This document shows positions 57,901 to 63,200 of a stretch of DNA of 64,000 nt, one piece after another. Origin of the DNA: a virus; IMG/VR virus record IMGVR_UViG_3300031576_000016, positions 1 to 64,000 of that record; one strand, written 5' to 3'. The notes beneath the pieces are model-generated. The model worked only from the letters and a program-made list of their open reading frames with translations, was not told the origin of the DNA and ran no database searches. The translations under genes and the position numbers were made by a program. The stretch's first letter is position 1; the number at the start of each line of letters is the position of its first letter.

Positions 57901-58786
57901 CCGCGAAGAACGCGAATGGAATCGGATGCAGGCCCAATGGCGTCAAGTCGAACGCCAGGGTGGTGAAGATGGGGCACGTCGCTTGTTCGTGGCCCAGAAC
58001 GCGGCTCAGGCCCATCAGGGCGCGGCCATCCAGAACTTGCAGCGCCGGCAGTTCATTGCCAACGCTCAGCAGCCGTTCCAGGCATTCGGCTTCTCCCGGC
58101 CTGGCATCGAAGGTCAGCGTCAGGCGGATGTCGCCGTGCTCGCCCAGCGTCAAAACTGGAACCAGCAGGTGCTCCTCCAGGACTTCAACGCTCGCCGGTT
58201 GCTTGGACAGCAGCCCGGCTTCCCGGTGCCGGCACGTGCCTTCGCTGAGGGCGGCGTCGTTCCTGGCAGCGGCGTCCACGACACTGTGCCTTCCCTGCTC
58301 ACTCCAGGTGAGTACGTCCTGAATCGCCACGCTGTCCAGCGGATTGGTGTTGGCAACCTCCACAGCATGAACCATTTCGCAAATGGCGGCTTGGTGGGCG
58401 GCGTGAACTACCTGGCCGGCGGCGGACAGGCCACAGGGTCTGGTGTGGGCATCAATCCGGAAGTCGCTCAGGCGTTCAGTCGCTTCGGTGACACCGTGGT
58501 TCAGATGGGCGGCGGCTTCAACGTCTTCAACGCAAGTGTGCAGCAGTTGACCAGTGCGTTTAGTATCTTCGGGGAACGTTCGTCCAAACTCACCGACGCC
58601 CTGAACAACTTCCCGGGCACGCTCAATATCCAAGGACATCAAACGGTGGAACTCATTCTCAACGGAGCCGAAGTTCTCGCAAGTATGCAAGGGGACTTGC
58701 AGGCTCTGGTCCAGGACGCAGTCAAGACGGTCGTTCGCGAACGCCTTGGCGGTATCCTCTCTGATGCCGGCGTGCAACTGGAGTAA
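39911..58786 (+). CDS. Giant tail tape-measure protein (6,291 aa) with embedded kinase-like and zincin metallopeptidase domains
   Basis: N-terminal TP901-type TMP core (..AVESRDLIEAVRKSGG...TTRESAAEIATGMRTIFTRI), glycine zippers, coiled coils, repeated TDxxPAxLxxGE motifs; canonical position. Confidence 0.9.
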   Translation: MADFNIVARLQIQLQAGSAAAAVQQLQQQLRNANLSLAFGLQPQALGGLNNLNQGLRATQAAASATSSSLRSTTQVINDGSTAIERFGAQAGLAARRFIAFTVGASTIVKVAQAFREGIAAGIDFNRTMVKIAQVGGDTKGQLAELASEVTRLSTTWGISSKELANAALVFKQAGLSAQEVKGHLETLALTDLAPNFESMAQTAEGQIAIWRQFGTNVDQTREALGAANAVAGGFAVESRDLIEAVRKSGGAFKAAGGSFNEFISLFTAVRSTTRESAAEIATGMRTIFTRIQRPQTVESLRELGVNLRYTADEAKNLGRADLENQFVGPYEAVSRLNEALRDIPTTDPRFLQVIEQLGGYRQVSRVLPMILQFSEAQKALNVAQTGSLSLTAAAEKSQESLGRRLSQVNEEFLGFMRSIVESKGFQSFVRFSLDLASALIKVLDVARPLIPVITTLAAVRIAQNFGQTAGGFLSHFIGTAPGSFTPKKVEPGVRFAKGGYVPGSGATDSVAAHVMPGEHVTKKDSTQSVDRRYPGFLTAMNQGGDIGVENYFRHRFADGGEARQGFGFGDTVKSLLANSVLGLGLLTGVDSGDAYEVAKQRSGEQVEHVQKSLQEDEKKKRQIKQAFGGETPRQRFGFGDSVKKWLSTGILAAGSLVGGHGLDDQVSVGQQEKRDRIENVKESLEEELRRKNKKKPQKLGKGGTPDLVAADGSMVLPLIEKHFDDVKQDDRGRYVTKQNNRDVFFEYMPKINALKIDFLQDGIGDFKHTNKSLQKGTLSFLRNLQGVAKSAGQKVFGIVAAGSEQKRSKIYKEGLEKLGFVADDTWSEYYKKAAFGGEMRLAKGGDDIFSKLPKYPKEDESELPPQYGNPINEFIQKKTGLSKKEITAAALAGSVAANGLLAATSMWIPGSQPVATGITALGIAGVKKLLKKRRGFAGGLDVMPDGQHESLRNLYDQVKEYAETRFSAHAGSPESDQKKSKATIAHIRRLAAATLSRKEVLQRIPAGSSIAGIGAFGVAIKTPDGDVIRAQADKAPDLANKYAAEIGRKPFKPWQYATARPPIDEVLQPTATMTVKKGERSTFMERLPYVTPLTELPHHQQEEAHEKAQAELLPSMAKKGWMLTDKHKGNLAVDKAGRFIALDPATAKKMNEDQQSRLLRILASDKAVATGLPGAQVDESTIHDPRLSVSPPSPTVQTRGRKKFDIGGEAALPEAMKLLQQRFQTFDVSRIAENVTFHDKIPSKTFPERGAIGKFYPETDEIALSRQLKSPRLLAKTLLHEFVHRIDYDEGTQKRHGSRDKKSVPGKLAAQLQPAWSEMAMQRYFKGKTKEQLTPKEQESLAYLTAPHEVLAYMVSDVATRDKDQVPEEHEKAVQTLLRRHLPARQPQKYERGGWVVPGEGNTDSFPADLAQGSYVIRKSSVQKLGASNILKMATGGTVPALLMPGEVVIPPGKARQIGRHALTEMNLHGRMPFAQGGFVRMATGDQVPKQETVKVGALPERFQDDVERMFRGLGAKVQKPLHELEVVIERFGKNIVRVVKIVDVAVTSTALPKSAASAATTPATKPQTVPALQIVRDLKAHLIAQAEAGGKSGKLSSEQVEKRKARYDKMLSEENPERSLEKYAKFQTKAPSFSGYLDKRDRKQAAEDLKSTIYTSYLETGTTSKYKSAKTPEERGRVLATAVPKYIRQNLADFEGGTETGRSYETAKKTRGLESQYQKALRTQSPEEALKSVVYQATAKRIQYEESSRQNKGKAPRTQKELQAAIEERYQTRMGKYDAHDFEGPAADVARAKLFGHKDHIKRGAEEASARTGKSVDETRVDSLEALHSSLGDSSQAAAIYRQQQTTGLQSQLKRGKISQATFEKRVAKLDSLSDDKASKLLLYTRDGTLREKVGKQLAAAGITAGKTPQETRENIGKRLQEMKGELEAAKPTTVPEVAGRGLTPEEKRKRLVDQEVRGATLESDLTPSKADLKELRKDPAFVKQEKQDAAPSAPEKAWTQPAAAAQTVALPTKVDAVKKSVPRPTDRQQLERRLNELEGVDVPSAHEMKEIADIHRQLKNQKTPVPPQQQTGRGRVRDTLAPSDLRDIQEQTKDLVVPEAAISSASDKLKAGPTAQVARQEREARDKKPSPIILPGDQPAGPPRPLFIPGQTQAQPDAKVFTSEADFRRSQQPSAKIVTGDETPVPSLVQPTREEVKKYGRSAAGPTAVAAAAKQPRDIRRIMDKLATSGLVEDLEVPGKGADPRAKKGLLRYLKQYGEEIEKAGKGTLSRRLQKLARKAPDWQPSLRGILPAPEEDTTTFSFAEEAAAATKSKPRPSKKTKELDLAVGYKEPKVEFTFPEEKAPLPLESDVNQKSRLRREQEEEAKKRHKNAVDLASQPSHKLQGDAATVPVSLTKEEIISKTVSDFAPTGEPKEPDVPASLFDKDKKKKQTSRQEHLKKERQRFIKEEGVTEEAIAFRERMLDSTKSLDEARKLIASPEFDGHEKINPYFDVYAQERHGQKKKRKPKTCGLAPEQSFFDKPTPQPRPTSSLPPPPSGKVPETYSFAGDPPESKRYHVEGDPLHPAQQQGGEHRSRDFYRTLYNSTTAGDTLGYTKKTRRELAKAKDALDQARLDAAADPTDDNRLRFKEAGRAYDKLEKQKVVVGRREADPYYARRLLDQAKSELLPHEYKAFEAETRRVHPNLASQGGDPTILRQYKEGKSDDEIRDNHYGQTGRRVGLFGGAAIGGAVGSLFGPLGTVLGGTIGAAVGQKIAKALPGSAAFEESLAEKGTGNVSVGHIAEYKTDKETGQKRLIGGDLREKGQAELTKYLAGRGPVSDATKHAFETEAIGRAEARVKRELISAQERWLKAVHPNISATEKHKLALEQVDAALAGQAKVVKSSTGRYLGVETEHTKASDLDKATGAGGVGFQFRSAKGAIGDWMADKYRSLKAGYEKFESSKAGQVLSGAGSFLSSQPVTFLAPLLGGQIEQSAGTAENAVKAGASGEGTYTTRRGIGGAATGAILGATVGSIAGPIGAAVGGAAGALVGFTSAIKDAANEIREVKIGNALTIISDRLTTIANVPVRTLPGGQATADDPLVRSSMADVLRELTTSRNETLDKNISESSGFWRSAGAVFGISNPVDVQGLAARQESADRQQVSQILPQSTQIINRQAEVLLRNNPNIGARDVARRLSTEGLTGQLIPRIAQARRVPLEQYLDELALQVAQVNTRLRAELAQHQAREGQEKVIHTFGRLVLAVQSASDSLVTLRAQAQSMSDVFYGNVTATPVTAHSEALTQLGRQDRGAIRPLETISHVVGDERGNRLLEHGRATDDVARVLPAILARVGSTNPLEPSDFSRQVREQLVSAFGGTPTGGQNAAINTVLSEIQRVGATGGTAQILREMQIDATEFTQKLINPLADPLKKFGQQVAQDLEKAGKEFTENVNEFVRRTRVAGESMDRLAALRVTTARVRAEVTAQQSGRPNDVLSQLSLQTLQSGLQSRQERLTGVVGPAASNPDFIGRQLQTVRARINEATHRQQETFELTGGRGPAYEAAALQLARLKDQAANLQNALKHLADVSERNAAAQEKLGALKQEADARIGLGERYLRADGEEMMRLNRGSLLVNQAYSRPQGQRGLDNLSVEDRRLALDWVGAARGTRLQGFQGSPLADDVHRTLIQESAGGAFNLTAGQQNEMQELQRVLLANAATAEQAQNQLITFQRESAGEFFQNLTQQHEQFFSRLEQTLARDRLFEQQNRLNEVATQQASLQGLNTNRETLQRAGVTNDDQVRNLRSNRGLVSEYMGRVSEVQALRQRSSNPSGAADIFERTYGDRLGSQFSDAGGWGINIGQMGLSSGSIGRLTENVRNTTGFTPEQTQRVISRFLQRSENITGQTGSANTRSAVTANIEEAIRREQALQSQEAQQRLAPLENNLRGRQINVGGLSQAAASGNSNALLQAIDSFDGVSNSFTTLDTRIQNTAASFINLSNSVRTLQTRVDNNNPNAGGNPFRFATGGTVPNEPSRVYRSYGTDSVPAMLTPGEFVVRAEAASANRGLLEAINRSKGGSVQYHQRGGVAYLADGGYADDEPWEVNAYNSLYRRRSMIGAGVLATGAAYRYRSQLGSAWRNTLGRVPGLRWTAGGTPAAAAAPTTTASPPTPVVEPMPASVPATQPRQGLLGRVRGWFGGTAPAPVPSPANTGAGYFTAPADNVAAELVPSPAPAAPVDPATAHTERLSRLTPEARARYQRIMATEPISRADALARAEAYNQRILGAQTRGAERAAAYGQQQSNYGAAQPRNAPTQPVANEPPGSNTWSRPNRVIPRPSPTAATTSSPAAAPGATPAPVVEAPAPAAAPRATGAASTRVTPTTATEPDIYRLALQETAGTPRTGPTIRQLQATNGAAQAPRPPVPQAAAATPTPVAPVRTQVTAGQGMVITLGASLAWNHLAQQAGFNQNVTDAGNLGILGGGVALSTPTVAGAGLSATVAAPAAIIAAPVAGVMAGNIIGRNEDATSLLTTVVRNTPTPLAVAYRAAGIDEDVARRGSREYQRISSNVHQALTVPGGDWGQRTADATASWGENVPVAGHIASGVATFGANTGRVVTDVVTGVGAELATPVVNTLDAGGSYIRASQQAAYTDARAAFQPYFSKYLDAIEARQDEQLNAAGALIPSLKSEVDAAIAQTEYRSAVPEASRSSFSARLGRISIGKPTETSPNILSFIEDTYGQGHLWKTNNGVHLQDVMRQHGSRVGMGDDEGVRIDFQNRASENPRVGREAIFAKLRQRITQPLDGAEGPRPRFAVMDRLRDAYTPGDNNIRTMIDRLRGESATEQTVQTDRHTTLLTQATQLDNDEQRAALFEQPTRLQQLRESLRARREVVAALANMPADYRNLMTWYTTGSPPWMQRIRQYQQAAVLAGLDIERDQMLTPIGYAADRFSNEQRELITNVRRGQIAEIRRRQNVDARLANGDTLTAILNEVPAGWKSIYEQSIRETGGSNAAETAHLTETMGGVAGVYTRVIGGNFEGNNSAGQLASAARLIPDDFLRAQLLPGGLEADNALFSYRSSDLQDAIGAVRQRQLRLLQEAGEINAVGDVPRQLRNEGVIPGFAPLSSIARQYLTPQALPLDAFLAQAGNSEVSRRFRLRDANNIKRENRSFMAMRLDTAEIAAALNPQAAPAPAPNANVQLARGGMVYLAQGGMPSPLFQPRGTDTIPAMLSKGEFVVNAEATKQHLPLLVQINEGRRPSYREDGGAVGGAMSAVAATASTAPSSPSLLSSGNEGDTYNLASMPSNERFLLTQTLSTLGKHQVGSIQDADARLTGLEQRSSSTAATQDNLADDRIIFAKLVADNIDAGHRNADVLVRSQTNLQKRFFLHLGGSQDKFLDKFGMSLTLAPKLAANAARAGDTNNVSMKLFRTGGVVQYYATGGETSMFQPRGSDTVPAMLSHGEFIVNAASTRHNLGLLRKINNTKGPVYYARGGLVGPAYFSEGGQAEQPQPPPMPATPSEPIYIDEAGPTVAQQNAAAGIQESGGEVPQASNAAATAPTPELPSQTPFGEDPDRPAAAMFRFAAGGFVRPRYLAQGGLVSYFDGGGPVPAPAPAESPEQQQTFQRWRDYLAEPANQTPPQIQMLEGWFNRGFGANGWDRAALRARLARDGNRLSPRWRGFFQAWSGWVGRQNTERDAAAQARLETFRRTLVPTVGGAPAAPLPPEQAEARYQAEYRRLRDIWTRGGNPLQGNLEGDDVEASVNQETTAAIAAGRANFQFLSPEQRARYRILREMQGAQVRQRTARGQALTFTGGPTADNAQGRALGEGITGQQAFAAAPGAVAEENLSPTEQAVLEEEYRFAAQDRFNRETQGLTTLEQLTQYWQPREGQSSPAFRQAFRANSSRYTPQQRAEIQAQWDFYDAYLARRPALEAAQQQAREQQRQQEAQRQREAQERETANQRVQTFRDQQAALDQEIQFQAAVNPNGGSANFLRERQAGEQFNQNMQRFNARWGELENRDRNGREEREWNRMQAQWRQVERQGGEDGARRLFVAQNAAQAHQGAAIQNLQRRQFIANAQQPFQAFGFSRPGIEGQRQADVAVLAQRQNWNQQVLLQDFNARRLLGQQPGFPVPARAFAEGGVVPGSGVHDTVPSLLTPGEYVLNRHAVQRIGVGNLHSMNHFANGGLVGGVNYLAGGGQATGSGVGINPEVAQAFSRFGDTVVQMGGGFNVFNASVQQLTSAFSIFGERSSKLTDALNNFPGTLNIQGHQTVELILNGAEVLASMQGDLQALVQDAVKTVVRERLGGILSDAGVQLE

Positions 58787-58789
58787 CCG

Positions 58790-60259
58790 ATGCCATTCGT
58801 TTTTTGGGCTGATATTGGATTGCCGCCGAGCGGCGGGCGAAGCCCGTATCGGGTCATCCCATCGCCGTTCGTGCAAATCTCGAAAGGCTTCAATGTCACC
58901 GACGACGGTCGCATTGTCGGCACGACATTCCAAATCACCGTCAAGGGAAAGCTCACGGCTGACAAAGGGTCGCCCAACTCGACCGGTCAATTTTGGGACA
59001 CGACGGGCTATCCGCCTGATGAGAGCATTGCCAGCGACTCCCGGCTCGCGTCCATCTTCCGAAAGCAAGAGGCACTGCGGACGTTGTTCTCCGCGCAGAA
59101 CCAGGGCGGCAAGTTGGAGTTCACTCCCTGGGATGGCACCGGTTCGATGCACTGCAATCCGCGCATCACGCGGCCGGTGGAGTTTGCTGAAGGCAACTGG
59201 TTCAATACCTGTGATTACACAGTTCAACTTGAAGCTGATTTGCTGTATCTCAACGGCTCGGTTCCAGGAAGCGGCGAGGACTATGGTGATGCCGCCAGCT
59301 ACAAGGTCTCGAAGGCGACTGAGGAGTGGAACATCGAGGCTGGCGATGAACGAGCCCGGACCTGGCGAATGACACATAGCGTGTCCGCGCAGGGCAAGCT
59401 TTTTTACAGCCCATCCGGAACGCTCGACAAAACGCCGTGGGAAAATGCCCGCGACTATGTCATTGGCAAGATTGGCCTGGGAGCAAACCTGGCTCGGGCG
59501 ACCGCAACCGGCGTCCTCAATGCTGGCGGGCTCAAGGCTTACAACCACATGCGCAGCCAGCACGTCAACGAGCTTGGCGGCGGCTTCTCGGTGACCGAGA
59601 CCTGGTTGTGTTATGACCCAGGCAGCGGCATCCCGGCGATGGAGGACTTCACGGTCAACATCCGCACGGCGGACAATGGCATTACCCATGTGTCGTGTGA
59701 GGGAAGCGTGGTTGGCTTCGAGGAGCGCAGCACGGATTGGTTCACGCTGAATACGGCTCGCTACACGAATGCGACCGGGCAGTGGGCGGCAGTCAAGCCG
59801 ATAGTGTTCAGTCGTTGTCAGACGATTTCTGGCCTCACGCTGAACCCGCTTCCGTTGTCGCTGACAGAGGCTCATAACCAATACAACGGCACGGTCAACT
59901 ACACGCAGGAATATGACAACCGCGCTGTGCCGACAATTGTAGGTGCCATCAGCGAAGTTGTCACACTACAGGACCATCACGCCGCCGACGTGTTCGCTTC
60001 GATTCCAGTGTTGGGTCGAGCCCTGGGTCCAGTCTTGCAAAACATCGGCACCAAGACCGCGCGGAAGCGCGTTGTGCAGCTTGAGATTGTTATGCCGGCA
60101 GCGCGGATTGGATATTCGCCGAGCGTGCCGAATACCAACGCATTGGTGTTGTCGCTGATGCCCGTTGGCTACTCGGTCATCTTCATGGACAGCGACGACG
60201 AAACATGGGTCGCTCGCACTGGACGGTACACGAGGAGCACCAGCTTCACCTGGGAATAA
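58790..60259 (+). CDS. Tail tip protein (distal-tail-like)
   Basis: Follows the TMP gene; beta-rich with repeated ExW...SVS-type units. Confidence 0.6.
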   Translation: MPFVFWADIGLPPSGGRSPYRVIPSPFVQISKGFNVTDDGRIVGTTFQITVKGKLTADKGSPNSTGQFWDTTGYPPDESIASDSRLASIFRKQEALRTLFSAQNQGGKLEFTPWDGTGSMHCNPRITRPVEFAEGNWFNTCDYTVQLEADLLYLNGSVPGSGEDYGDAASYKVSKATEEWNIEAGDERARTWRMTHSVSAQGKLFYSPSGTLDKTPWENARDYVIGKIGLGANLARATATGVLNAGGLKAYNHMRSQHVNELGGGFSVTETWLCYDPGSGIPAMEDFTVNIRTADNGITHVSCEGSVVGFEERSTDWFTLNTARYTNATGQWAAVKPIVFSRCQTISGLTLNPLPLSLTEAHNQYNGTVNYTQEYDNRAVPTIVGAISEVVTLQDHHAADVFASIPVLGRALGPVLQNIGTKTARKRVVQLEIVMPAARIGYSPSVPNTNALVLSLMPVGYSVIFMDSDDETWVARTGRYTRSTSFTWE

Positions 60260-60262
60260 CGG

Positions 60263-63200
60263 ATGCCTTTTACTCGTACAACATTTCTTGGGGCCAGCAT
60301 TCGTGGATTCAATACCGCGATTGGTTGGAACGGCCAACAAAGCACACTGACGGTGCAGTTGGTTGTTGACCCGCTGAACGGCGACGTGTTCAATCCGCCG
60401 CCGGTGGGTACGCCCATTTATTTCCAGGTTGGTTACTTCTACTTTTTCGGTCTCCTACAAAAATGGGAGAAGAAGAACGACAAAGACGGACTCCCTACAT
60501 ATGAAGCCGTCTGTGTGGACCCGAAGGAAATTCTCGATGGTGCCCAGGTCATCCTCGGCGGCTACAGCGGCACGACTACTGGCATCCCAAATCTCTACAA
60601 CGCTTTTGGGTTTTGGGAATCGACCGGCTTCGGCAACTCGTATACGAACGAAAGTGGTATGCCGTGGTTCCGAGCTATGTCGGCTCTCACCACGATGGCC
60701 AACACTTTTGGCGGCACGCCGTTTGGCGGGCCACTCAATTTTCGCGGCTACACCTACAGTCTCGACCTGAGCCGACTGCCAGTTCCGCCGAGCTACTATC
60801 GCGTCGGCAATGTGTCAGCCAGCGTGCTCGAACTCATCCAGCAGATATGTGAGGACGCTCAGTGCGACTTCACAGTGGAGTTGTTCGGCTACCAGATTCG
60901 TATTCGTACTGTCAGCCGTTTCGCCCAGCCGCCGCTCGGCACCATCAACGCCATCACGAGCACCAATTGGGGCGGTACGGTCGTTCGTTCCAACAGTGGC
61001 CTCGAATGCCGCAACGAACTGACAACGGCCTTCCTGGTCGGCGGCGATGTCAACACCCTGTATGAGACACAGGGCATTGTGCAATTCTGGGGCTATGACC
61101 TTGCCGGTTCCCCGCTCACTGGCACGGATACCTATTTCTGGTATCCGCGCATGGTTCTCAATCCGCCGGCTCCGGCCTATGCGGTTGATGCCAAGAAGCG
61201 TTTCCCTGTGCCGGTCATCTCTGCCACTCGTCCAGCAGATTGGGACGCCTACCGTTGGCCTGACCCTGCTCCAACAGGGCCTGGTACTCAGAACGGCTAC
61301 ATCTGGGCTCGCAAGTCGCTGCGGATTACCGCAGCCACGAACGCTACCCCCATTGTTGTGACAACGGCAGAGCCGCACTTATTCACAACCGGAACAAAGG
61401 TCACAGTTGCTGGTTGCCTTGGCAACACAGCCGCTAATGGTGCCGCCTGGGTCATCACCTATCGCACAGCGACTTCTTTTTCTCTGGACACATCGGCTGG
61501 CAACGGCAACTACACAGGCAGTGGAACTGTCATTTGGGACACGGTCGGTGCTGGCATTCCGGCCGGCGTTGTCAACATTGGTCGCTTCACCTGGAGCAAT
61601 CAACGTCAAGGCGGCGAGCTTCTCCAGGGCGAGAGCATGACTCTGAACGCGACCGCCGTCGCGGGCATTCTTGGCAGCACGACCTACGACTGTAGCACGT
61701 TCGAGATGCGGTGTGCTCAGGCGAACATGGAGTCCTGGTCGAGCTACATGCACGCAGTCCGACCGGATATGGCTCAACGGATTGGCCTGACGAGCCGCGT
61801 GCGAAACATGCACCCGGTTGAAGGCGTGGTGCTGCCGCGCGATGCTTTCAACGATGATGCAGCGGCTGTTCAACGTCGGCAACTGATGGCTGTGCAGGGT
61901 GACCTCGCACAAAAAGAAGTGGCGATGTGGCAATTCGTCAAGAGCCGCGCTGACGAGTTCATGGGCAAGAAGTTCCTGGTTGGCTTGCCATTCATTTTGC
62001 AGGCTCAGGACCCGGAGACGCTGCATCTGAAGTCGAGCTACAAGGTCACCGATGCCGGCTATCTGCCTGAAGGTGCCACACCGCTCGGACTCACGTCGCT
62101 CAACGAAGACACGTTCAAGACGCAAGATGGGCGGTTCAAAGCGTTCGTCAAGTTCGACAACCTGGTTGGTGCTGACTTCGAGAAGATTTCCGCCCAGGGC
62201 ACGGTGGTCGAGAACAACGTCCTCTTCATGGATGTGCAGGTCCAGCCGAATATCGTGTTCGCGCCGGCCCCGTCTGCCGTTGTGACATTGAGCGGCCCAT
62301 TGCTCGACAAGGTCGATAGCGGCGTCACTGGCGACATGAGCATCATAGCGGCGATTCTTCAGATGAATCCGCCGCAAGCTCAGCAGGTATTGCAAGCCGG
62401 TCAGCAGGGAACGGTGGGTGTGCGGTGCTCGCCGCGAACACGCAACCCCGCTGCCATTGCTGTTCCTCTGCAAAGCAACATCATGACCTATGGGCCGTGG
62501 TGGGCCGTAGGCGCGCCTGGCAAGGTGAAGTTCGAGCACGACCAGGGTCTGACGCCGTGGAACTACGGCAGCTACACGAACATGGCCAATGCCGGCCTCG
62601 CGCGTGTCGGCACCATCATCAGCACCATGCAGGTCTCGGAAGCTGGCACGATTGAACTCGCCGGCGCTCCAATGCGGCCAATGGGCGGCATGTTCAGCCT
62701 GGGCGACGTGCTCAGTGCCAACGGGCCGAACATGACGAACATGGACGTGAACTACAACACCAATGGTGTCACGACCTCGTTCCACTTCAAGACATACACT
62801 CCGCGTTTCGGCGTGTTCACCAAGGGCTACACAGAGCGGCTGAAGAAGCTCGGTCAGACGGCCCAGGAACTGCGTCGGGCAATGCGACTGTCGTTCAAGG
62901 AACAACAGGAAGTCCAGACTGCCCAGGGCGAGGCTGCTCGAACAAACAGGCGCTTCTTGGAAGGCGCGCCGCCGGCCGTTCTTCGCGAGTCGCCGAGTGA
63001 GCTATTCGTGGCTCGTCTATTTCACGACCCCAATGGCGGGGCAACCCGCGTGGGCGTAGCCGTCACAACGACCAAGGAAGGCTTGGAGTTCGTCAACGCT
63101 GCCACAGATGGCATCCGTGATGCGAAGGCTGATGAAGCATACCAGTCCACGGCTGCAATGGACCTGGCCGGCTTGTTCCGGCCGTTTTCGACGCGGCACA

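Noticed and set aside
57809-59881. 690-aa minus-strand ORF and other long antisense ORFs (27511..28794, 35410..36681, 55118..56752, 61379..62905)
   Set aside because: Shadows of strongly biased + strand genes in GC-rich DNA; no RBS or recognisable motifs
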